Positions 19,124 to 26,316 are shown, counted from the stretch's first letter. The stretch: 32,000 nucleotides of DNA from Zymomonas mobilis subsp. mobilis ATCC 10988 (GCF_000175255.2 NC_017262.1:270001-302000); one strand, 5' to 3'. The notes: generated by a model not told the origin, from the sequence alone. Numbers and translations: made by a program.

Positions 19124-19497
19124 GGCCAGAAGGTCGGGCGGCCGCCGGTATGTTTTGACATACGGGAGGAAAGTCCGGGCTCCAAGGAGTAACGGTGCCG
19201 GATAACATCCGGCGAGGGTGACCTCAGGGAAAGTGCCACAGAAAACAAACCGCTTTTTACTTCGGTAATAAAGTAAGGATGAAAAGGTGCGGTAAGAGCG
19301 CACCGCATTTCCGGTAACGGCAATGGCAAGGTAAACCCCACCGGGAGCAAAACCGAATAGGGATGGCATATGGGCTGGCTCCGCCCCGTCATCCGGGTTG
19401 GTTGCTGAAGACCGGAAGCAATTCCGGTTTTAGATGAATGGTCGCCTATCCAGCTTTGCTGGTGGACAGAACCCGGCTTATAGACCTTCTGGCGTAT
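19124..19497 (+). ncRNA. rnpB: RNase P RNA, bacterial class A
   Basis: The universally conserved P4 strands are present: GGAAAGTCCGGGCTCC at the 5' side and ACAGAACCCGGCTTA at the 3' side. AGGGAAAGTGCCACAGAAA and GGTGCGGTAAGAGCGCACCG are also present. A P1 helix pairs GCCAGAAGGTC (19125-) with GACCTTCTGGC (-19493). The ends are approximate, within a few nt. Confidence 0.93.
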
Positions 19498-19620
19498 CAC
19501 CTCTGTTGATTTTCTTTGTCATTTGCCTCTTTTTCCTAAAGAAACTATATTCTTGGTTTTTCCGACTTTGGCCAATTTTTCGGTCGGGGGTATTCTCATA
19601 CAGGCAGAACAAGAAATATT

Positions 19621-20145
19621 ATGGCTCGATATACCAAATCCCGAGATTGGGGCTTTCCGCGTTGGCGCGGTTATAATGACAATAACCATGCTGCCCAGAA
19701 AGTAAGATTATGTGATCGCGAAGGCTGCGACAAGCCGGGTAACTTCCCTGCCCCGAAATCCCCGAACAATCCTGATCGTTGGTATTTTTGTGAAGATCAT
19801 ATCGTCGAATATAATCGCAATTGGGATTATTCCGCCGGTTTATCAAAAGAAGAAGCCGCCAAACGTCAAGCGGAAGAAAAACAACAGGCTTCTGGATATT
19901 CATCAACCAGTTACAGTTGGTCAGGTTCTGAAAACGGCCGATCCAACGAGGTGATAGAAGCCTTAAAGGTCTTGGAATTAGAGGCTGATGCCGATTTCGA
20001 GATGGTAAAAATTCAATGGCGGCAATTAGCTAAAAAATGGCATCCCGATCTTAATCAGGATGATGAAAAAGCTGTAAAACGCTTCCATGCTATTCAGGCT
20101 GCCTTTGATCTGCTGCGTAATCGGGAAGAGCGCGGCAGCTTCTAA
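19621..20145 (+). CDS. J-domain (DnaJ-like) protein with N-terminal Cys/His-rich module
   Basis: 174 aa. The C-terminal J domain has an HPD motif (LAKKWHPDLNQDDEKAVKRFHAIQAAFDLL). The N-terminus, CDREGCDKPGNFPAP...WYFCEDHIVEYNRNWDY, matches a small J-protein family I recall as widespread in alphaproteobacteria. Confidence 0.8.
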   Translation: MARYTKSRDWGFPRWRGYNDNNHAAQKVRLCDREGCDKPGNFPAPKSPNNPDRWYFCEDHIVEYNRNWDYSAGLSKEEAAKRQAEEKQQASGYSSTSYSWSGSENGRSNEVIEALKVLELEADADFEMVKIQWRQLAKKWHPDLNQDDEKAVKRFHAIQAAFDLLRNREERGSF

Positions 20146-20187
20146 CCCTGCCCGATCACATTATTTCTATAAATTATCCCGCCTCAA

Positions 20188-20622
20188 TTATTCGGTCGAT
20201 TCAGGAAGCGGCTGTTTTTGGGATATTTCGGCGGCAATATTCTGCGCCTTTTGATAAGGAACAGACACAGAAAAAGTTAAAACACTGTCGCGGATAGGCC
20301 CCCCTAATACCAGTTGGCTCAAAACAGCGCCTTTAAAACGGATTTCAATCATTTGGCTAAATCCGTTACCGGCGGTTGCCTCCGTCAATCTTTCGGTGCC
20401 TTCCCCCGTTAACGTCAACATAATGATCGGATTACCCTTTAATTGGGGTAAGGCACGGGCATCAATAATATCATTCGGGGCAATCAGTTGGTCACCGATA
20501 TAAAAACCGTTTTTATCCTTAGCTTTCCCTTTTCTAGGAACCGTCTCTTTTTCAAGCGGGATAGGTTCGGCTTTGGTAATCATGACTGGCGTCGTCGCCA
20601 ATAAAAGAGCCGATAAAATCAC
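20188..20622 (-). CDS. Hypothetical exported protein, translationally coupled to sufE
   Basis: 144-aa ORF with a hydrophobic N-terminus (MILSALLLATTPVMITKAEP) that suggests a signal peptide. The start overlaps the sufE stop by 4 nt. I recognise no family. Confidence 0.5.
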   Translation of the reverse strand: MILSALLLATTPVMITKAEPIPLEKETVPRKGKAKDKNGFYIGDQLIAPNDIIDARALPQLKGNPIIMLTLTGEGTERLTEATAGNGFSQMIEIRFKGAVLSQLVLGGPIRDSVLTFSVSVPYQKAQNIAAEISQKQPLPESTE

Positions 20623-21023
20623 TGATAACGCTCCGCTGTCTGCCGGATTAAAGCGATCATATTGGGGATCCCCTGCGTCCGGTTGGAACTTAACTGATTT
20701 TTCAAATCAAAAGGAGCCAATAAGGCCTCAATATCAGTATTGATGATCGCTTCGGGATTTTTATCCTGCACAGTCAGCAAAACGAGGGCAATAATCCCTT
20801 TCGTAATAGCCGCATTGGAATCCGCCAGAAAATGGAGCTTTCCATCCTCTTTCCGCATGGGATATACCCAGACAGAAGCCGAACAGCCTTTAACCTTGGT
20901 TGCCTCTGTTTTTAACGCATCGGGCATTTCTTCCAGATGTCGTCCCAGATCAATCAGCAAGCGATAACGATCATCGCTTTCCAAAAAATCATATTCTTCT
21001 TCAATATCGGCAAGTGTGGTCAT
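20619..21023 (-). CDS. sufE: SufE-family cysteine desulfuration (sulfur acceptor) protein
   Basis: 134 aa. The KVKGCSASVWV motif carries the conserved acceptor Cys, and the overall SufE/CsdE pattern is present (YRLLIDLG..., IIALV...). Confidence 0.85.
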   Translation of the reverse strand: MTTLADIEEEYDFLESDDRYRLLIDLGRHLEEMPDALKTEATKVKGCSASVWVYPMRKEDGKLHFLADSNAAITKGIIALVLLTVQDKNPEAIINTDIEALLAPFDLKNQLSSNRTQGIPNMIALIRQTAERYQ

Positions 21024-21155
21024 AGCATAGCATTTACTAGGTGAGGAAAGACGCGCTATTTATGGCAAAAACCGAGTAAAAATAGCAATATAAATCAGGC
21101 TAAAAACAGGGAATTATCCCGATAGTGACATTTTACACATCAAAAAACAAAAGCG

Positions 21156-21446
21156 TTATTGAGCATCAACAACCTTGTTTTCACTCTTCTTTTTTTCGGA
21201 TATCGGCTGATCCAAGGCAGTAATAGCCTGATCCAAAGCGAGATTGTGATAATTATCCGTCACAATACGCTCTAATATAGCGATGCGATCTTTTAGCGCC
21301 TGAATCTCTTCTTGCATTTCCGAAAGGTCATCGCTTTCTGCAAGTGTTACCGCTTTTTCTCCGTAATAGCGGTAACGCGCTTTTATAAGACCGCTAATCA
21401 GGACTAAGCCTATAATGACGACCACCATCAATTGACTGCCATGCAT
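21156..21446 (-). CDS. PspB-like small single-pass membrane protein (second copy, last gene of the psp operon)
   Basis: 96 aa with an N-terminal TM helix (LMVVVIIGLVLISGLI), then SEMQEEIQALKDRIAILERIVTDNYHN. That parallels the PspB C-terminal helix (E. coli ...RMRERIQALESILDAEHPN). AGGAA lies 7 nt before the ATG, and the gene starts 33 nt after the pspC stop. Confidence 0.55.
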   Translation of the reverse strand: MHGSQLMVVVIIGLVLISGLIKARYRYYGEKAVTLAESDDLSEMQEEIQALKDRIAILERIVTDNYHNLALDQAITALDQPISEKKKSENKVVDAQ

Positions 21447-21479
21447 TGCCTGTTTCCTATTTTTGAGGATGGGTCATTC

Positions 21480-21863
21480 TTAACGCAAATTATCTATTTC
21501 CTTGGCTAAACGTCTGTCTTGGCTGGTGATATAGGTCTCAACCTTTGCCAGACGGCCATTGATATCACGAAAACGGTTTTTGACATTGCGGAGGCTGACC
21601 GTCGGTTTGGTTCTGACCTCTTGCCAAAAACGGGTCTCATCGCTGTCCATTTCCTGTAAAGCGCGGGGTTTATCCTCGGTCAGCCATGCGGTAACAAAAT
21701 AGGCAACGACAATCCAAGGAAAGCCACCAACCAAGGTCATGATAACGGTCAAAACCCGAACAAGGGTGACATCCACACCGGCATAGTCAGCTAGTCCAGA
21801 ACAAACCCCCAATATTTTGCCATGGGCTTTATCGCGATAAAATTTGGTGCGGCGAAAATCCAT
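21480..21863 (-). CDS. pspC: Envelope stress response membrane protein PspC
   Basis: 127 aa. PspC domain KILGVCSGLADYAGVDVTLVRVLTVI, a TM helix, and a C-terminal leucine-zipper-like VETYITSQDRRLAKEIDNL (E. coli: ERYVTSDTFTLRREF). Confidence 0.9.
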   Translation of the reverse strand: MDFRRTKFYRDKAHGKILGVCSGLADYAGVDVTLVRVLTVIMTLVGGFPWIVVAYFVTAWLTEDKPRALQEMDSDETRFWQEVRTKPTVSLRNVKNRFRDINGRLAKVETYITSQDRRLAKEIDNLR

Positions 21864-21880
21864 TTTTTCCTCCTGAATGC

Positions 21881-22153
21881 TTATTTGGAAAGATTGATAT
21901 GGCTGGTTGAATCTGGCTCTTTCGACGTAGAATAGATATCGGCCGCCGTATTATTTTCAGCCGCGATAATACGCTCGATCGTCTGCAAGCGTTCTTCCAG
22001 TTTCCGAGCGCTCTCATAAAGCTCTTCAATCAGATTTTCGTCAGCGGCACTGATGCTAGAGGATTTCTTCCATTGGGTAATATAATGCAGGAATATCCAA
22101 GGCACGCCGATAAACAGAATAAGGCAGACTAAAACAGGTGCCAACGAATCCAT
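21881..22153 (-). CDS. pspB: Envelope stress response membrane protein PspB
   Basis: 90 aa. TM helix with ...PWIFLHYITQWKK, then EELYESARKLEERLQTIERII, which parallels E. coli PspB. The ATG overlaps the pspA TAA (TAATG). Confidence 0.85.
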   Translation of the reverse strand: MDSLAPVLVCLILFIGVPWIFLHYITQWKKSSSISAADENLIEELYESARKLEERLQTIERIIAAENNTAADIYSTSKEPDSTSHINLSK

Positions 22154-22821
22154 TATTTCCCTCCTTTTTTATGCAGCCGCTTCCGCAATTCGGCCAATTC
22201 CTGATCAATCTTGTCGTCCCCTGCAAGATTGTCGATTTCTTCTTCCAAAGACATGCCCCGTATTCCGGCGGCATCTGCCTGACCTTCAGCCAGATTGACT
22301 CGTCTTTCCAGCGTCTCAAAACGGGCAAAGGCATCTTCGCTTTGTGAACCCTGATAGAGTTCCCGCATTTTCAACCGCTGTTTGGCTCCAGCATATCGTG
22401 CAGCCAAAACAGATTGGCGGCTACGCGCTTCATTCAACTTATTCTGAAGTTTGATGATATCGCCTTCGGATTTTTGCAGCGTTTCATTCAGGCTTTCTGC
22501 TTCGGCGGATAAATCGCTGATAAGGCTTTGGGCTTTATGTCTTTCAACCAAGGCTGCTTTAGCCAAATCTTCGCGATTTTTACTCAAGGCCAATTCGGCT
22601 TTATCCAACCAGTTAGCTTCGATCTTTTGTAAACGGCTAACCTGCCGTTCGATTTCTTTTTGATCGGCAATCGTTTTGGCAGCAGAAGCCCGAACCTCGA
22701 TCAGGGTTTCTTCCATTTCCAAAATAATCATCCGGATCATTTTTTCCGGGTCTTCCGACCGATTGAGAATATCAACCACATTGGCAGCAATAATATCGCG
22801 GGTTCTTGAAAAGATACTCAT
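22153..22821 (-). CDS. pspA: Phage shock protein A (PspA/IM30 family)
   Basis: 222 aa. MSIFSRTRDIIAANVVDILNRSEDPEKMIRMIILEMEETLIEVR aligns by eye with the E. coli PspA N-terminus. Coiled-coil throughout. Confidence 0.93.
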   Translation of the reverse strand: MSIFSRTRDIIAANVVDILNRSEDPEKMIRMIILEMEETLIEVRASAAKTIADQKEIERQVSRLQKIEANWLDKAELALSKNREDLAKAALVERHKAQSLISDLSAEAESLNETLQKSEGDIIKLQNKLNEARSRQSVLAARYAGAKQRLKMRELYQGSQSEDAFARFETLERRVNLAEGQADAAGIRGMSLEEEIDNLAGDDKIDQELAELRKRLHKKGGK

Positions 22822-22823
22822 TC

Positions 22824-23342
22824 CTAAACCTCCGGTTTGTTTTCATTAGAAGCGAATGCAAGCTGCTCTTGCGCTAATTCCGTTGCAAAAGCCTGATTTT
22901 GTTTTCTATCCTGTTGGATGACCTGATGGTTAATATCCGCCAATTCTTGCAAATTGGAATCAAAGAGCAATTTTACTTCGATATTTTGCGCCTGTTTATG
23001 AAGGCTTTCGGGTAACGGGGGATAATAAACATTTTGCGCGACCCGAACCGCTTCCTGATCCAAAAGCTGATTTCCTGTCGGTCTAACCATATGGATATCG
23101 TAAGGATGGCCTTCTTTATCAATAGTCAGGCCAAGAACGCTTATCTGTAAACCGTCATTGGCCTGATCATTGATATCTTCATGAATAGCCTGATTTAAAT
23201 TGTGGCTGACCTTTGCCGTCCATTTTTCGAGATCATGATCTGGTGAAAAAGCAAAAGCAGGTTGTGTTGCCATCCATAGCATAGCCGCTACCGCAGAGCA
23301 GCTTTTGACCAGAGAGAAACGGCTATGAGGGAAAGAAAACAT
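22824..23342 (-). CDS. Secreted protein with TonB C-terminal-like domain; first cistron of the psp operon
   Basis: 172 aa with a signal peptide (…AAMLWMATQPAFA|FS). The central part, GLQISVLGLTIDKEGHPYDIHMVRPTGNQLLDQEAVRVAQNVYYPPLP, fits the TonB_C pattern (G-V-V-F-I-DG-V-V-SSG-LD-AA-AV-PP-P). Its stop is 2 nt before the pspA ATG, and the pspA SD (GGAGG) lies in its last codons. Confidence 0.65.
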   Translation of the reverse strand: MFSFPHSRFSLVKSCSAVAAMLWMATQPAFAFSPDHDLEKWTAKVSHNLNQAIHEDINDQANDGLQISVLGLTIDKEGHPYDIHMVRPTGNQLLDQEAVRVAQNVYYPPLPESLHKQAQNIEVKLLFDSNLQELADINHQVIQQDRKQNQAFATELAQEQLAFASNENKPEV

Positions 23343-23391
23343 CGCTACGAAACCTTTATTGTCGTGAAATCATTGATGATGTCTTTATCTA

Positions 23392-23407
23392 AGCATCCCT
23401 CGTGCCA
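23392..23407 (-). promoter_or_regulatory. Sigma-54 (-24/-12) promoter of the psp operon
   Basis: The minus strand reads TGGCACGAGGGATGCT. This is TGGCAC-N5-ATGC, with GG and GC separated by 10 nt, against the consensus TGGCAC-N5-TTGCW. It lies about 50 nt upstream of the ATG at 23342 and is divergent from pspF, which encodes the cognate enhancer-binding protein. Confidence 0.7.
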
Positions 23408-23517
23408 GTTTTATTTTTTTGTTTAAAAACAAATACTTATAAAAATAATAGGATTTTCTAAAAAATCATCTCATATATTGATTGCTAAATAGTGGCGTAT
23501 TTTCCTAATAATTAGTG

Positions 23518-24594
23518 ATGGGGAAAAATAATTTTGTCATTGGCCAATCAACGGCCTTTCTTGATGCTGTCGAGCAAGCCAGCCGCGCTGCCAGTTTAAA
23601 TCGACCGGTTCTAGTCATTGGGGAAAGAGGCACCGGCAAAGAACTGATCGCCGAAAGATTGCATCGTCTGTCTTCTCGTTGGGCATCACCTTTGGTGACA
23701 TTGAATTGTGCGACTTTGCCGGAAAATCTAATAGAATCCGAATTATTCGGCTATGAAGCTGGCGCTTTTACAGGAGCCATGCGTGCCAAGACAGGCCGCT
23801 TTGAACAGGCAGAAGGCGGCACCCTTTTTCTGGATGAACTGGCAACCTTGTCTTCTTCCGCGCAAGAGAGACTATTGCGCGCCGTCGAATATGGCGAGAT
23901 CAACCGCATCGGCTCTATCCGCCCAACAAAAGTCGATGTCAGAATTGTTGCCGCCACCAATGAAGACTTGCCTAGTTTAGCAGCACAAGGCCAATTCCGG
24001 TCAGATTTGCTCGATCGGCTTTCTTTTGAAGTCATTACCTTGCCGCCGCTACGCTATCGACAAGAAGACATCCCCTTATTAGCCGAATATTTCGGACGGC
24101 ATATGGCCTTGGAACTGGGATGGGATAACTGGCTTGGATTCACAGAAGAAGCCATGGTTATTCTCAAAGAGCATTCATGGCCGGGGAATGTCAGAGAATT
24201 ACGGAATGTCGTCGAACGCAGCCTTTACCGCTGGGGCGATGCGACAAAACCCATAAATCATATTGTTCTTGACCCTTTTACCTCGCCTTGGCGGCCAGTT
24301 CAGGAAGCGGCCATTGTTGAGAATGTAACGGTAAAAGATACCGTAATGACAGGAAAAGCAGTCTCGCTACCGCCTTCTGATTTCATCAAAAAAGCCTTGC
24401 AGGATGGTGATCTAAAAGCGCTTTGCCAAGATTATGAACGGCATTGCGTCGAACAAGCCTTGCAACGCCACTGTTATAATCAACGGGCAACCGCCAAAGC
24501 CCTCCATTTAAGTTACGATCAATTACGGCATATTTTGCGGCGTTATGACCTGCTGCCTGCTGGGAATAGCATTTCTCAAGCCAAAAAAGATTAA
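23518..24594 (+). CDS. pspF: Sigma-54-dependent transcriptional activator PspF (AAA+ domain plus C-terminal HTH, no receiver domain)
   Basis: IGERGTGKELIAERLH (Walker A), the ESELFGYEAGAFTGA (GAFTGA) loop, and GTLFLDEL (Walker B). It is near-colinear with E. coli PspF as I recall it, with a C-terminal HTH (YNQRATAKALHLSYDQLRHILRRY). The track start is GTG 23515; ATG 23518 is more likely. Confidence 0.93.
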   Translation: MGKNNFVIGQSTAFLDAVEQASRAASLNRPVLVIGERGTGKELIAERLHRLSSRWASPLVTLNCATLPENLIESELFGYEAGAFTGAMRAKTGRFEQAEGGTLFLDELATLSSSAQERLLRAVEYGEINRIGSIRPTKVDVRIVAATNEDLPSLAAQGQFRSDLLDRLSFEVITLPPLRYRQEDIPLLAEYFGRHMALELGWDNWLGFTEEAMVILKEHSWPGNVRELRNVVERSLYRWGDATKPINHIVLDPFTSPWRPVQEAAIVENVTVKDTVMTGKAVSLPPSDFIKKALQDGDLKALCQDYERHCVEQALQRHCYNQRATAKALHLSYDQLRHILRRYDLLPAGNSISQAKKD

Positions 24595-24808
24595 ACTTTA
24601 AAGAAATCCATCACAGTGATTGAAAAACAAAACTGCCCGTTTTTATAGACAAAAAGCCTTTAAAATTGCATTAACCAACTGAAATATAATGATTTTATAA
24701 AATTTTTATTCCCTCGGGATATACTTCGTAAAAATGGTAACTTTTTGATAGTTGCTGCGTTCTTTCACCATAGGTTTGACTATACTGACAGAATTGGGAG
24801 ATCACATC

Positions 24809-25435
24809 ATGGCTTTTGCATTACCCGCCCTGCCCTTTGGCGCCAAAGACCTCGAGCCGCATATGTCCGCAGAAACGCTCGAATATCATCATGGCAAACA
24901 TCATAAATCCTATGTCGACAAAGTGAACAGCTGGGTTGATGAAAAGAAACTGGCTGGTCTGAGCCTTGTCGAGGTTATCAACAAAGCTGTTGAAACCAAG
25001 GATAAAGGCTTGTTCAACAATGCGGCACAGGCATGGAATCATAACTTCTTCTGGCTCGGCTTGGCCAAAGCAGGTCAAAAGCCCAGCGGCAAGCTCGCGT
25101 CTTTGATTGAAGAAAGCTTTGGTTCCACCGAAGCTCTGTTAGAAAAACTGGCCGCCGAAGCCGTTGGTCATTTTGGCAGCGGTTGGGCATGGCTCGTTTT
25201 GAAAGATGGCAAGCTCGCTATCACTTCTTATCATGATGGTGATACGCCGGTAGCGCATAAAGAGATAAAGCCGCTTTTGACGCTCGATGTCTGGGAACAT
25301 GCCTATTACATCGATTATCGGAACGCCCGCCCGAAATATGCCAAAGACGTGCTTTCCAATATCATTAATTGGGAATTCGTTGCTAAAAATCTCGACGGCG
25401 AAGGTGTCAGCCGTGGTGATTTAAAACAGGCTTAA
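24809..25435 (+). CDS. sodB: Superoxide dismutase, Fe type
   Basis: MAFALPALPFG...LEYHHGKHH...NNAAQAWNHNFFW...FGSGWAWLV...DVWEHAYYIDYRN. The AAQxWNH pattern indicates the Fe type rather than the Mn type. The track start TTG 24752 is unlikely; ATG 24809 has GGAGA 8 nt upstream. Confidence 0.95.
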   Translation: MAFALPALPFGAKDLEPHMSAETLEYHHGKHHKSYVDKVNSWVDEKKLAGLSLVEVINKAVETKDKGLFNNAAQAWNHNFFWLGLAKAGQKPSGKLASLIEESFGSTEALLEKLAAEAVGHFGSGWAWLVLKDGKLAITSYHDGDTPVAHKEIKPLLTLDVWEHAYYIDYRNARPKYAKDVLSNIINWEFVAKNLDGEGVSRGDLKQA

Positions 25436-25458
25436 GACCAAAAGCTGAATGATACGGA

Positions 25459-25492
25459 ATGCCGGTCTGTTTTTACAGGCCGGCATTTTTTA
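25459..25492 (+). terminator. Rho-independent terminator of sodB
   Basis: ATGCCGGTCTG, a 6-nt loop, then CAGGCCGGCAT (11-bp stem with one G-U), followed by TTTTTTAT. It starts 24 nt after the sodB stop. Confidence 0.75.
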
Positions 25493-25497
25493 TTCTC

Positions 25498-25920
25498 TTA
25501 ATTCGGAAAATTAGACAGGCTGACCCCGACAGATTGGCAATCCTGATAGGCATCGGGTTTGCGGACAAAAACCTTAATACGGCGAACATGCGCACGGGCA
25601 GCGATTAAATCATAGATTTCCTGCGCCAAGGTTTCTTGCAAGTTGAAACGCCGTTTTTCAACCAGCTCGGAAAGCGTCTGATGGATATAATCATAATTCC
25701 AGAAATCGGCGTTAATATCGTCATTGGTCGGCAAAACCGCTTTTTCCAATTCGATATCCAGATTTACCAGAACACGCTGACGTTTATCCAATTCGTGGCT
25801 GTGAAAGCCGATAGCGGCCATTAACATTAAATCTTCAACATGAAGCACATATGTTGTCGGCTGCAAATGGTCGGGAATAAGCCCACGGGCGGATTCCGGC
25901 CTGAATATAGTGTCACTCAT
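25498..25920 (-). CDS. folB: Dihydroneopterin aldolase (FolB) family protein
   Basis: The pattern ...VEDLMLMAAIGFHSHELDKRQRVLVNLDIE...NYDYIHQTLSELVEKRRFNLQETLAQEI... fits the FolB tunnel fold (G-x-H-x-E, DY, L-E-LA). The preferred start is ATG 25920 (MSDTIF) rather than the track start 25938. Confidence 0.72.
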   Translation of the reverse strand: MSDTIFRPESARGLIPDHLQPTTYVLHVEDLMLMAAIGFHSHELDKRQRVLVNLDIELEKAVLPTNDDINADFWNYDYIHQTLSELVEKRRFNLQETLAQEIYDLIAARAHVRRIKVFVRKPDAYQDCQSVGVSLSNFPN

Positions 25921-26071
25921 AATAACCTCGAGATACAAAAATTATCTGGCCACGGGAAGCGTTGTTGTATTGTTATCGTGGTCAACCGAGCAGAAAGAGT
26001 CTTCGATTTTTCCTATCATAAAAGAGTCTTTCGATTGGTCTTTATCTATTTTTCTGTCGGTTTTGCACAAT

Positions 26072-26088
26072 TGCCTAAAATTTAGGCA
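26072..26088. promoter_or_regulatory. 17-bp perfect palindrome, candidate operator
   Basis: TGCCTAAA-A-TTTAGGCA lies in the folB / GNAT divergent intergenic region. The binding factor is unknown. Confidence 0.3.
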
Positions 26089-26138
26089 CGCCAAGAAAGC
26101 CCCCTAAAAATAAGGCGTTTTTTGGCTTTTCCCCAATC

Positions 26139-26172
26139 TTATCCACAGGTTGATCCTCTTCTCTGGGGATAA
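26139..26172. promoter_or_regulatory. Inverted pair of DnaA-box-like 9-mers
   Basis: TTATCCACA (26139..26147) is a perfect match to the E. coli R-box consensus. TGGGGATAA (26164..26172) is the reverse complement of TTATCCCCA, one mismatch. A GATC lies between them. The function is unproven. Confidence 0.35.
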
Positions 26173-26316
26173 ATATCTTCGATTACACAGACATAGCGTA
26201 TCTTTTTTTTCAAAAGAGAAAGAGAATCATTCCGAAATAAAAAAAAGCACCGTAAAAGCGCAGGTCTTTGAAAAAGAAATTTATTTTCTTCCACCATAAT
26301 CGAGGCATATGAAAGA

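Noticed and set aside
19034-19500. 111-aa and 128-aa minus-strand ORFs and a 102-aa plus-strand ORF after ftsY
   Set aside because: The region is the RNase P RNA gene, with conserved P4 and P1 pairing. The open frames are incidental.
21100-21120. Possible terminator after the last psp gene (GGGA-TAAT-TCCC followed by TGTTTTT on the minus strand)
   Set aside because: The stem is only 4 bp, too weak to call. The end of the psp transcript remains undefined.
23420-23470. Short inverted repeats (TGTTT-AA-AAACA and GATTTT-CTAA-AAAATC) as candidate PspF enhancer or IHF sites between pspF and the sigma-54 promoter
   Set aside because: The arms are only 5-6 bp, consist purely of A/T, and occur in an AT-rich spacer. 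I cannot recall a PspF site consensus well enough to score them. An enhancer is expected here, but these repeats do not support one.
24685-24703. Fur-box-like sequence TATAATGATTTTATAAAAT upstream of sodB
   Set aside because: About half of the 19-bp consensus matches, on one half-site only, in a very AT-rich spacer. This is not distinguishable from background.
26139-26172. Possibility that the DnaA-box pair marks the chromosomal origin (oriC)
   Set aside because: There are only two boxes, and I found no TTAA-N7-TTAA CtrA-type sites. The flanking genes are not typical origin neighbours. If the Z. mobilis attribution is right, the locus numbering places it far from the annotated origin. I kept it only as a possible regulatory site.
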